DNA of 64,000 nucleotides from Marispirochaeta sp. (GTDB lineage: Bacteria > Spirochaetota > Spirochaetia > JC444 > Marispirochaetaceae): the NCBI GenBank assembly GCA_963676835.2, contig CAXXFF010000001.1, positions 640,001-704,000 of the forward strand, read 5' to 3'. Under the pieces are notes generated by a model. It searched no databases and was not told the origin of the DNA. It saw nothing but the letters and a program-made list of their open reading frames with translations. The translations under genes were made by a program, and so were the position numbers. Below, piece after piece: positions 41,310-51,352 of this stretch (the stretch's first letter is position 1; each line of letters starts with the position of its first letter).

Positions 41310-44300
41310 TTACAGCCGTGAGTTTATCCGCTGCTGAAGATCCAGCAGTTTCGGGTTGCGGTCATTGTCGCCTTTTTGAATCAGCTGGTCAACAATAAGC
41401 TTTGCCTGAACAAAGTTTCCCTGCTGATAGGATTCCAGGGCCGACTGATACTGCAGCTGATCCGCCGCGGAGAGGATGGTGGCGGCACTGGTATCGACAC
41501 GGATTTCCAGCTGCTGCTTGAGGCTGAGATATTTCGACGGTGGATTAAAGGGGGTATACCGCGCAATAGCCCGCTGAAGTGTCTGCAGTGCTGATGCATA
41601 CTGATCCTGAATTTTATTCTGCCAGATTGAATTGGCCTCTGCATAGAGATTTTCCGCCGCCCGGATGTCCGCAGGATCCGGCTCCCGGACACGCTGTCCG
41701 GTGGCAATTTCCGCTTCGAAGATAAGATCCGCAAGGCCTGGATATGAGGGATTTATCGCCTGCAGCGCCTTGGCAAGGGAGAGGCTTTTCTGATACTCCT
41801 CGCCGTTGAAGGCGGTACGGGCCTGCTGGAACTTTTCTGCAAGGATATTATTACGGGCAGCATTTCCTTCGGTTCTCATCAATTCAATCTTTAAGAGCAG
41901 AATACCCACCTCGAGGTTCTGGGGAAAGGTATTCTGTACAGCCGCCAGCTTCTCTTCAGAGTTGGACAGCAGGCCGTCCACCCCGAAGGTCTGATTATTG
42001 GCTACCCGCTGCTCCGCCGTGAGATAATCCTCCCGGGCAAGGTTGATCAGCTGACTCATTTCCGCATAGAGAGGATCGGTCTTGGCTATATACCAGGCGC
42101 TGGAGGTATTGATGGCCCGGTCGACAAACTCTTTAAGACGTACAATTTCCGGGTTGTCCACACTATCCAGCTGACGGTGATAATCCTCCGCCCGGTCCAG
42201 CATGCGGCTGGCATCTTCAAATGCCTGCTGCCGGATAAGCCGGCGGGCTTCGGCAATTGAGGCTTCCCGCTGGGGCAGGAAGTAGTCCCGCTTAGCCTGG
42301 GCAAGTTCGGAAAGCAGAGACTGAATATCGTACCTGTCGCTGTTGGCAGCGGTTGAATCCGTTCTGCGGTCCAGGAGGTCATCGTACTCACTTTTAAGGG
42401 ACTCCAGAAAGAAATCCCTGGCCTCCCCTACGGTATTTTCTATGGCATTGGGGTTGTTTACATTAAACTGCCTGCTTTCCATCCGCTGCCGGGCTTCGTT
42501 GTAGCGCCGTTCTCCGTCCAGACGGTTCTGCCGGGCCAGTCTTATAAGTTCCGCAGCATCATTGATGCCGAGGGAAGCCCGGTCTATATGGGAACGGAGG
42601 GATCCGGAACGTTGACGGATAGCCGCAAGCCTTGCGGTAACCTGCTCCTGTGCCTGAAGCCATTCCGGCAGATTCCCCATTTCCGCGAGGAGGGATTCAT
42701 TCAGGGAAAGAACCGACCGGGCTTCATCACGGAGGGAGGTGAAAATCTCAGTGGCACGGGTTGGATACCGGGCATTGAAGGTGTCCCCCTGAAAAGAAAT
42801 CGCAGCTCCCCCAAGGGCACTGTTTGCTTCGGCTTCCGCCAGGGCAAACTCGGCCAGTTTACTGTCCAGGGGTTCTTCTGCAATACGGAGGTAGATAAGC
42901 AGAAAGTTTTCGTTACTTGAAGCAAACAGCCCCTCAATCTGGGCAAGCCGTTCATCCTGCTCGGCTGTTGCCAGCATATTTTCCGCCTCAAGCTCCTGAT
43001 CCTCAGGATATTCAATACTGCGTGCGACAATAGTATTACGGATGCGGCTTATCTCAAGCTCCTGGGCATTCAAAGTAAGCCGTGCCCGGGAAATGTCCTC
43101 AATGCTTATGGCCTCATTGGCGGCTACAGCTTCACCCTGGCTCTTCATGCTTTCCCCGAGACGGGCAAGCTCCACAGCCTCGGTACCGAAGGTCTCCATC
43201 AGTTCGGCATACATCTGCATATCCCGGTAGAAGCTGATGTATTCCGGAGCACCCGCTGCATCCGATAGGGCACGGTAATCCGGCAGAGGGCTGCCCTCTT
43301 CCGGGACGGGAGAAATCTGCCCCTGCCAGACAAGAGAAGCCCGGTTCAGTTCCCGGGCAAAATCGCTCATTTTTGCAAATCTTTCCAGAGAGGCGGTATA
43401 TTCTCCCTGACGGAAAAGATCTGCCCCTTCTCCGTAAAGGCCGTAGACACCGTCCGCCAGGGCTGTCAGTACCGCAGATGCGCCGCTGTCCCAGCGGGTA
43501 TCAAGAGCTCCGAGGATACCTTCATCCACCCCGAGTTCTTTCTCCACATTGCTCCTGCCGCGGTTCAGGATGATAAGGTAGGCAAGATGATAGATTTCAT
43601 CCTCTCCCGGTTCTGCATATTCATTGAGAATCAGCAGACGGAGTACTTCAAGGGATCGTACAGTATTCTGAACATCCCAGCGCAGCTGTGAAAGATCCCG
43701 GTAACTCGATTCAAATCCGTTGACCCACTCCCCCAGAGTTTCCACAGTAACTTCTGATGAAAATTCTTTAAGGAATGTTGTTGAAGATTCAAGGGCGGGA
43801 AGATTCTGAAGAAACTTATTTCCCAGCTGGGAAGATCTGGACCGCAGCTGTCCTGCTTCCGCCATGGCTTCGGGCTCATACTGTTTGGTTTGAAATATAT
43901 CCAGAGCAAGATCATAGCCTGAGAGGTAGGTTTCCACCGCCCCTTTATAATTCTTCTGCTCCAGCTGTGTCAGAGCAGCATCCATAAGATTGGCATGGCG
44001 GATCCTGTTGTATACGCTACCGGTTGCTTCCCGCGCCCGCACCAGGCCTTCCCGGGCATCTGCATTGGGATAGGGGTCCATCTGTTCCAGCTCTTTGATG
44101 ATTGTATAGGATTCGGAAAGGCCCGCATCATCCTGCTGCTCCAGGGCATTCTGATAGAGCGCTACCAGCTCCTCAAAGGTGCGGTTGTAGCGGTTCTTTG
44201 CCGCCCGGATTGCATTGATAAGGGACTGGGCCTCATCGAAGCGGTCGGGATAGTCTTTCATAACCTGGGCGGTAAGGCTTATGGCAAGGTTGTAGTTCTG

Positions 44301-44465
44301 CTGTTCATAGGCTGCGCGGGCCTCTGCCAGGGGATCCAGCTCCGCCTGACCGCCCGCCCACAAAGGGCCCAGAGCAAGGGTAAACATCAGGAAGAGGAGA
44401 ATATGCGCTAAATTCGGCCTAAATATCGATCTGACAACCATTTCTTCGCTCAGAATGTACCACAT
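41310..44465 (-). CDS. Large exported helical/TPR-like protein (1051 aa)
   Basis: Signal peptide ending LWA-GGQAE, predominantly alpha-helical, with TPR-like units at both ends. The start is approximate. Confidence 0.8.
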   Translation of the reverse strand: MWYILSEEMVVRSIFRPNLAHILLFLMFTLALGPLWAGGQAELDPLAEARAAYEQQNYNLAISLTAQVMKDYPDRFDEAQSLINAIRAAKNRYNRTFEELVALYQNALEQQDDAGLSESYTIIKELEQMDPYPNADAREGLVRAREATGSVYNRIRHANLMDAALTQLEQKNYKGAVETYLSGYDLALDIFQTKQYEPEAMAEAGQLRSRSSQLGNKFLQNLPALESSTTFLKEFSSEVTVETLGEWVNGFESSYRDLSQLRWDVQNTVRSLEVLRLLILNEYAEPGEDEIYHLAYLIILNRGRSNVEKELGVDEGILGALDTRWDSGASAVLTALADGVYGLYGEGADLFRQGEYTASLERFAKMSDFARELNRASLVWQGQISPVPEEGSPLPDYRALSDAAGAPEYISFYRDMQMYAELMETFGTEAVELARLGESMKSQGEAVAANEAISIEDISRARLTLNAQELEISRIRNTIVARSIEYPEDQELEAENMLATAEQDERLAQIEGLFASSNENFLLIYLRIAEEPLDSKLAEFALAEAEANSALGGAAISFQGDTFNARYPTRATEIFTSLRDEARSVLSLNESLLAEMGNLPEWLQAQEQVTARLAAIRQRSGSLRSHIDRASLGINDAAELIRLARQNRLDGERRYNEARQRMESRQFNVNNPNAIENTVGEARDFFLESLKSEYDDLLDRRTDSTAANSDRYDIQSLLSELAQAKRDYFLPQREASIAEARRLIRQQAFEDASRMLDRAEDYHRQLDSVDNPEIVRLKEFVDRAINTSSAWYIAKTDPLYAEMSQLINLAREDYLTAEQRVANNQTFGVDGLLSNSEEKLAAVQNTFPQNLEVGILLLKIELMRTEGNAARNNILAEKFQQARTAFNGEEYQKSLSLAKALQAINPSYPGLADLIFEAEIATGQRVREPDPADIRAAENLYAEANSIWQNKIQDQYASALQTLQRAIARYTPFNPPSKYLSLKQQLEIRVDTSAATILSAADQLQYQSALESYQQGNFVQAKLIVDQLIQKGDNDRNPKLLDLQQRINSRL

Positions 44466-44613
44466 TTATCGGCATTTTTGGGGGTCTTGGTGAGCCGCTT
44501 TCATCTCCGCCGTTTTTTTGAGTACAATATAGCGGGGAAGACTTGAAAAGAGTAGATACGGGGCCGAAAATATAGAATATATCCTGTTCCGGTGGTATAT
44601 TTAGAGCACACTG

Positions 44614-45885
44614 ATGGAAAAGCCTTTCAGCGCCTTTACAGAAAAAAAACTCCTGCTTATTCTGCTTGCGGGCATCCTCTGCTTTGTCCCCTATACAGCC
44701 TCCGCAGAGGGCTTTTTCAGTTCCTACTACGACTTCGCCTCGATCTTTTCAGATCCGAATACGGGATTAACCGCATTTCCCATTCTTACGATTCCCATGG
44801 GAGGACGCTACGAGGCCATGGGTACGGCATTTACCGCCCTGGCGGATGACTTTTCCTACCTCGATGCAAATCCCGCGGCAAGTTCAAGACTGGACAGAAC
44901 CCAGATCGCCCTGGCCCATAATGCCTGGATTGCGGATACCTCCATCGACAGTGCGGTATATACGGTCCGCTACGACAAACTGGGCCTCGGTTTTGCCACC
45001 AAATTTCTCTATGTTCCCTTTACGGAATATGATGACTGGGGGGATTCCCAGTCCAGTATTTACTATTCGGAAACCCTTGCAACGGCAAATATCTCCTATA
45101 ACTTTTTCTCCGATTACTATTTTGAAGGTCTCTCGGTGGGGGCGAATGTAAAAGCTGCATACCGGAATATCCCGGAGGTTATTGAACCTGGACAGTCCGC
45201 CCTGGCTTTTATGGGAGATATCGGACTGCTGACCCGGTTCAATTTTCTTAAAAACTACCATTCCCGGGATAAAAACTTTTCCCTGGGACTGACTGCACGG
45301 AACCTCGGGATAAGTACAGACGGCGAAGCCCTGCCGAGTGAAGCATCCCTGGGAGTGGCCTACAAACCAATACGACCCCTTACGCTTACAACGGACTTCA
45401 ACTATCCCTTCAGCCTGGTACCGGATGTTCCTGCGGAATCCTGGAATATCGCCACCGGAATGGACCTGCAGATAACCGATTTCTTCGCCATGCAGAGCGG
45501 CTTCCATTACAAGGGAGGCAACCCCAGGTTTTCTCTGGGAAGCGAGCTGTTAACGGATACCATGTCGCTGAATGTAAACTACACCATGGGACTTGATACT
45601 CAGGTTTCGGCCCCCCTGGACCGCTTAAGCGTTGTCGCGTCTCTGGATATGGGTGATCGAGGCCGCTTTGAACGGGAAACGATGGCGGAAGAACAGTATA
45701 TTGCAGGACTTGAAGCCTACGCTTCGGGAGATCTCCAGAAGGCCATAGCCCATTGGGAAGCGGCCCTTGAGCTTAACCCCGATTTTACCCCCGCCAGAGA
45801 AAACATGGATACTGCCAAAAAAACCGTTGATCTGCAGCAGGATCTGATTGACATCAATACCCTGCTGGACAGCACTGAAGGCTGA
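44614..45885 (+). CDS. UPF0164/FadL-like outer-membrane protein with C-terminal TPR
   Basis: Signal peptide, PMGGRYEAMGTAFTA, DANPAAS hatch motif, beta-strand core, C-terminal TPR (YIAGLEAYASGDLQKAIAHWEAALELNPDF). Confidence 0.85.
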   Translation: MEKPFSAFTEKKLLLILLAGILCFVPYTASAEGFFSSYYDFASIFSDPNTGLTAFPILTIPMGGRYEAMGTAFTALADDFSYLDANPAASSRLDRTQIALAHNAWIADTSIDSAVYTVRYDKLGLGFATKFLYVPFTEYDDWGDSQSSIYYSETLATANISYNFFSDYYFEGLSVGANVKAAYRNIPEVIEPGQSALAFMGDIGLLTRFNFLKNYHSRDKNFSLGLTARNLGISTDGEALPSEASLGVAYKPIRPLTLTTDFNYPFSLVPDVPAESWNIATGMDLQITDFFAMQSGFHYKGGNPRFSLGSELLTDTMSLNVNYTMGLDTQVSAPLDRLSVVASLDMGDRGRFERETMAEEQYIAGLEAYASGDLQKAIAHWEAALELNPDFTPARENMDTAKKTVDLQQDLIDINTLLDSTEG

Positions 45886-45933
45886 TACTTTTTTACTATC
45901 TTATCGCTTTAAATTTCCAGCGTTCCTTACTTC

Positions 45934-46722
45934 CTACTTCCCCTGACTCTCTTCAAGTTTAATTCCATGATACAGAGCAAAAAGGGAGAGATCCATTTTT
46001 CTGGACCCGAACTGCCGGGAAAGGTTCTGCAGATCTCTCTCCCCGCCATCCTTTGCAGACTTCGCCAGGTCCCGAATGCGTTTCTCCTGCTTTTTCAGCT
46101 CTCTGCTGCCAAGGCGTGCCTCAATGTAGCGAAGAAGATCCGAAGCGGCTTCGGGATTAAGATGGGAATAGAAGCTGTCAGTAGGAGCAATAAGGGATTC
46201 AAGGACCTGCTGGGGGCTTTCTGTCTCAACCCGGTGAAGATTCTTCTCCACTTCATGGACAAACTGATCCTCTTCAAAGTATATGGCATCAACCTTCTGG
46301 CGAAGCTCGGCCCTCTTTCTGGATGACCAGACAGAGGAGAGATCCCTGCGGGAGAGAATAAAATAGACTGCTCCGGAAGCCCCAAGGGCAACAAGCAGCT
46401 CATCTACCATGGGAAGAGGATCCCGGATAACCAGGCTCAGAAACAGATAGGTAAACAGAAACAGACCGGAGCTTATAAGAAAACGGGGAATAAACCGGCG
46501 CTCCGCAACCCAGATCTTTACTGCCTGCTCAACCGTGCGGTAGAGCTCGTTGCGAAAATGGGTTACCGCCTCTACCCGGGGCTCACGACCGTAGAGGCCG
46601 ACAATGGTCGTATTCTCGAGAACCTGAATAATTCCTGCATTGTCCTGAAAAGGATCAAGGAAAAACGAACTCCCGTCTTTGCGGGAAATGTGAAACAGGT
46701 AAGTCTGATCTGCTTTATCCAT
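45934..46722 (-). CDS. Hypothetical membrane protein (2 TM)
   Basis: Clean 262-aa ORF with two hydrophobic helices around RDPLPMVDE. Confidence 0.75.
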   Translation of the reverse strand: MDKADQTYLFHISRKDGSSFFLDPFQDNAGIIQVLENTTIVGLYGREPRVEAVTHFRNELYRTVEQAVKIWVAERRFIPRFLISSGLFLFTYLFLSLVIRDPLPMVDELLVALGASGAVYFILSRRDLSSVWSSRKRAELRQKVDAIYFEEDQFVHEVEKNLHRVETESPQQVLESLIAPTDSFYSHLNPEAASDLLRYIEARLGSRELKKQEKRIRDLAKSAKDGGERDLQNLSRQFGSRKMDLSLFALYHGIKLEESQGK

Positions 46723-46755
46723 ACAAATTCAAGTTAATTGCGGCATCATGGCTTG

Positions 46756-47442
46756 TCAAGAATCAGATTGATCCTGACTCGAAATCTTTTCAAATATTAC
46801 CTTTACGTAATGATATACCACCATTACCGCCACTGCAGATGATATCAAGCCTGCGGGAACCGCTGCCAGATAATCAAATGTCAGAGCAGAGGAGCCCCTG
46901 GCGGCTGTCCAGATTAGAACAAAAAGAACAATCCGGGAGAACCCCTGCTCATACAGCAGGTCGCCGGTATCCCTTAAGGTAAACTCAAAGGAACTTGAAT
47001 GGGGTTCGGAAAAGGAGAAAAAACGGGAGGCAAGATACCCGGCCAGATATTTTCCCGCAAATACCCCCGCAGCGACAAGGGGAGCAGTAAGATGTACAGA
47101 GCCTGCCTGCACCCCGGCAGAAACAGCTCCGGAAGCCGCAAGCAGGGCAACCACGCAACGCCAGGCAATTCCGATACCGGCAGCGGCGATAATGAGGCCT
47201 ATAGGAACCGCTACTGCCGGATGGATTCTGGTCTCTTCCCTTCCGGAAGAGAGAAAACGAAACCAGACAGTAAGTCCGTACAGTCCATCCGCTGCAAGCA
47301 GCAGACTGCCGCTGTAAAAAGCACCCAGAAACTTTACTCCACAGCCGCTGACATCGAGGAGCAGCCAGACAAGCAGTACTATGGAACTGCGGATGCCTTT
47401 GGAAGGATCAGGCTTCAATGGACTCTCCGCCCGAATGCGCAT
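46756..47442 (-). CDS. Divergent cation-diffusion-facilitator-like membrane protein
   Basis: GVKFLGAFYSGSLLLAADGLY resembles CDF TM1-2. About 6 TM helices and no C-terminal domain. Confidence 0.55.
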   Translation of the reverse strand: MRIRAESPLKPDPSKGIRSSIVLLVWLLLDVSGCGVKFLGAFYSGSLLLAADGLYGLTVWFRFLSSGREETRIHPAVAVPIGLIIAAAGIGIAWRCVVALLAASGAVSAGVQAGSVHLTAPLVAAGVFAGKYLAGYLASRFFSFSEPHSSSFEFTLRDTGDLLYEQGFSRIVLFVLIWTAARGSSALTFDYLAAVPAGLISSAVAVMVVYHYVKVIFEKISSQDQSDS

Positions 47443-48313
47443 CGATAAAGCTTAGAAGTTCATCTTCCTTGAAGAGCTTCGCATAATCCCTGGCAGACAT
47501 CCCCAGAGCATCCTTTATGTGAAGATCCGCCCCGGCCTCTATGAGCAGCTCGGCTATGCGGAAATTCTTCTGCCCCACCGCCAGAATAAGGGCGGTCTGC
47601 CCGTTTTTACTTTTCTGATCTATATTAGCTCCGGCCTTGATAAGCCGAATAACAATGCTTTTCATGCCCTCCGCAGCGGCATCCATAAGAGCCGTATTTC
47701 CCCGGTCATCGGAGACAGCATCAATGGAAGCCCCCCGGGAAAGCAGAAGCTTGACCACCGCCCCGTGTTTTGACCTCACCGCCAGGGAAAGTACCGGAAC
47801 TCCCTGCATATCCCGGGTATCCGGAGAGAGGCCTGCCCGGAGGAAAAGGTTTACAATACGAAGCTCGCCGCTGGTGACAGTCTTTATAAAATCATCCGCC
47901 CGCCGCCCGTGACCTGCCGCCATAAGAGCTTCGATGGCATTCCGTACCACCTCTGCGGCTTTCCACTCGTTATGGTGAACACTCCAGACAAGACGCAGCT
48001 CCTTAACTGTTTTAACCCGGGTAAGATGACTCAGGTTTTCAGGCAGATCCATGCTTCCCGTAAGGACCAGCACTTTACCGCTGCCGAGGCAGTAGCCGCT
48101 GAAGAAATCGAGACACGAGGGGATTTCCCCGGATGCAGATTTACCGGGGACCGCCATAAAATGGGAACACTCTTCAATCCACCGCCCGGCAGAAGCCCGC
48201 CAGTCTAGGGATGTATCGCAGAGCAGGTATTCAAGCCCCTCTTCCGCCAAGAGTTCTCCCAGCTTCCGTCCCTTCTCCAACTGTTGTATGCCGCAAAGTA
48301 TGCCTATCTTCAT
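47408..48313 (-). CDS. Ankyrin-repeat protein with N-terminal alpha/beta domain
   Basis: GVPVLSLAV, GNTALMDAA, GQTALILAV, GMSARDYA. Confidence 0.9.
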   Translation of the reverse strand: MKIGILCGIQQLEKGRKLGELLAEEGLEYLLCDTSLDWRASAGRWIEECSHFMAVPGKSASGEIPSCLDFFSGYCLGSGKVLVLTGSMDLPENLSHLTRVKTVKELRLVWSVHHNEWKAAEVVRNAIEALMAAGHGRRADDFIKTVTSGELRIVNLFLRAGLSPDTRDMQGVPVLSLAVRSKHGAVVKLLLSRGASIDAVSDDRGNTALMDAAAEGMKSIVIRLIKAGANIDQKSKNGQTALILAVGQKNFRIAELLIEAGADLHIKDALGMSARDYAKLFKEDELLSFIDAHSGGESIEA

Positions 48314-51300
48314 ATCCGTTTATATTCCAGTTCAAATAGTTGCATACCTCCCGGCAGGAATCAAGTGTTTTAAGTTCAAGGATTTGCAGATCATCAACCA
48401 CTATCTGATACACACCGAACTCCTCTTCCACCGTGCCGGACACCAGAAAGCCGTAGCCCCGGGCAATGGCGGCATACAGCCTGCGGTATGAGGCGGGAAA
48501 CAGAACTGTTTCAAAAATACTGTTTCTGTCTTCAAAACTTAAAAAACACATATCCTTTTTCGTACGGGTTCGAACCTCCTTGCCGGTTACCAGTACTGCA
48601 GCCAGGGAGACACTTTTTTTGTGATAATCCGGGATATCCCGGGAACTGATCAGACAGGGGGGAAGTTCTTCCGGCGGCGGCATAACCAGGAGTTCCGCCG
48701 GGTGAACCCCCGTAAGAATTCCCAGAGTGCGGGCCTGATCCCGCAGTTTCTCCTCCGGCGGATAGTCCTTGACCGCAGCGGGCACCGGAGGCAGGGCAAA
48801 AAGTTCCGGATGGCGGGAGAAATGGAAAAAATGCCAGAACAGCCCCGGGCGGTGGTCAGCCCCGGCAATGGAGTCGAGACAGCCGGAACGGATAAGCCCC
48901 CGGATATCCGCAAGAGCCGGTTCCAGCCGGGTAAGGAGATCCTGAAAATCCGCAAAGGGCCCTCTGCGGCTGCGTTCCTTCAAGAGGGCGGCAATAAACT
49001 CTCCGGAGACCCCTTTGAGCTGGGAAAAACCGGCCCGCAGCCTGTCGCCCTCTCCGCTCCGTTCCACCGTATAGGCCGACAGGCTGCGGTTTATATCCGG
49101 AGGAAGTACCTCAAATCCTTCCCGGACAACGGCATTGAGGTAGACCTGCCGGGAATAGAAGCCGCCGCCGTTATTAATTACAGAGCAGAAAAACTCCAGG
49201 GGATAACGAACCTTGAGCCAGGCAAGTCGGTAGGAAACCAGGGCGTAGGAGGCGCTGTGAGCCTTGCAGAAGGAGTAGCCCTCGAAGGAGACAATGCCTT
49301 CCCAGATTTCATCCAGGGTTTCTGCGGCAATACCCCGGGACCTTCCCCGGCGGTAGAAATCTTCCCGGAAGGACGGCAGGGAAAAGCGGCGGTCTTTTTT
49401 GGAGAGAACCTTGCGCAGTCCGTCCGCCTCGGCGGCACTGTAACCGCAGACAGCCATCACCACCCGGGAGACATCCTCCTGATAGACCATAATGCCGTAG
49501 CTTTCCCGGAGGACTTCCTCTGCATCGGGGTGCAGGGTACGGTATGAGGCGCCGCGGAGGCGCTCCAGAAACGCGGTAATATAACGGTTGGCCGCAGGCC
49601 GGATAATGGAGCTGGCTATAACCAGGTGGGTGTAATCCCCCCGGTGCATCTTCTTCAGAAGCTGCCGGGTAGCCGGGGATTCAATGTAGAACACCCCCAG
49701 GGTTCTCCCCTCCTCGATCATTTCCCGGGTTCTCTCATCTCCCAGGGGATTAAAGCTCTCCCAGTCCAGGGCCTTTTTTCCCGATGCCCTGCGCAGAGGA
49801 GCCGTAAGCTCCAGGGTATCCCGCAGAACCGCCAGGGAGCGGTTTCCCAGAAGATCGATCTTTACCAGTCCCGCATCTTCGGTCCGTCTTTCTCCCAGGC
49901 GATAAGGGGCCAGCCCAGGGGGGAGGTTGTGATATGGGTATAATCGGTAATGGGACCCGGGGTAATTACAACGCCCCCGGGATGGGTGCCAAGATGACGG
50001 GGCATACCGTAAAGCCGCCCCGCAGCAGAGGAGAGCCAGCCGGGGACCTCGGACTCTCCAAGCCGAAAGGCCTCTGCCAGGGGACCGATATCCGGTTCGG
50101 GCATCCCGTAGGCCCGGGCTGCTTCACGGAAGGCGGAGCGGGAACCGAAGGTAACATGATCGGCCACCATTCCCGCCCGCCCCGGATAGGTATCGAATAC
50201 ATACTGCAGAGTAGTCTCCCTTTCGTCCCAGGGAAAATCCACATCAATATCCGGCGGATCCTTTCGTCCCATATTGAGAAAGCGTTCAAAGAAAAGATCC
50301 CGGGCAAGGGGATCCACATGGGTAATGCCCAGCAGGTAGGAGACGATACTGGCGGCGGAGCTGCCCCGGCCGCAGGTGCGGGGACAGCGGGAAACAATGT
50401 CGTGGACCACGAGAAAGTAGCCGGCAAATCCCTTGCGGCGGATTATATTGAGCTCATAATCAAGCCTCCGGCTGATCTCCTGTGTCTCTCGGCCGAAACG
50501 GCGGCGGATTCCCCGGCGGCAGAGCTCCCGGAGCCGGGCAAACTCCTCCTCTTCCCGAAGCCCCTGAAAGGAGGGAAACACGTAGCTTCCGGAAAAAAGA
50601 GTGCCCGCCCCCTCGTCCGCCAGCAGCCGGGTCTGATAGAGGGCATCGGGAACGGCGGAAAAGAAGGCCTCCATTTCGGCGGGACTTACCCGGCGCCGGA
50701 AATCCGGCGGAAAAGCTGCAGCGGAATCCGAATTTATGGCGCGGTTGCGGTCGACCGCCCGCAGTACCCGGAAAAAGCTGCGGTCATCTTCGCTTTGCCA
50801 GAGTGCAGCATTGAGAGCTATGGGGGGAATACGGTAGCGCCTGGCGGCGGCAAGCATGGAGCGGAAAGGCAGCCCGTAAACCAGTGCGGCCCGCAGCCCC
50901 CGGATGGACCGTTGCAGCAGCTTCGGCAGAAGTTCCGGCCGGAATACCGCAACCCTGAGGCCGTCCCAACCCTCTTCCAGCAGAAGGGCTGCCGGATCGG
51001 CCCCTTCCGCTGCCCGGCGGGTAAGAATGCGGTTAATCCGGGCAAAGCCGTTTGCGTTGAGGGGATAGCAGGTAAACAGAGGCAGCCCCGCCGGATCTTC
51101 CAAAGATGATGATGAGGATGAGGATGACGGCAAAGAAGAGAACTCCACTCCGGCCAGGGGTTTCAGACCGTATCTGGCCGCCGCCCGGTAGAAGGAAGGC
51201 AGCCCATAGAGGTTTTCCCGATCCACCATTCCGACACGGACCGCCCCTTCTCCGGCAGCCCTGCGGCAGATGTCGTCAGGGGAAAAAAGACCGGATAAGA

Positions 51301-51352
51301 GGGAATAATGGCTGCGGCAGTGCACCGGCGGAAGGGGTACGTCATTCTTCAT
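48231..51352 (-). pseudogene. dnaE2: Second DNA polymerase III alpha subunit (DnaE2-like), frameshifted near 49884
   Basis: ORF 49862..51352 has PHP HCRSHYSLL, GRGSSAAS, FERFL and PDIDVDF. A 1-nt shift at GAC GGA CCG restores EKDG-TEDAGLVKIDLLGNRSL and continues into ORF 48231..49721 (FYIESP, VYQED, YSFCKAHSASY, OB fold). A sequencing error cannot be excluded. Confidence 0.8.

Noticed and set aside
48621..51109. Long plus-strand ORFs (308 aa and 391 aa)
   Set aside because: They are antisense shadows of the GC-rich dnaE2 coding sequence with no recognisable motifs.
48231..51352. Naturally split (intein) DnaE or programmed -1 frameshift
   Set aside because: No intein motifs occur at the break, and the region corresponding to the cyanobacterial split site (YSFCKAH) is uninterrupted. 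There is no X-XXY-YYZ slippery heptamer at the junction.
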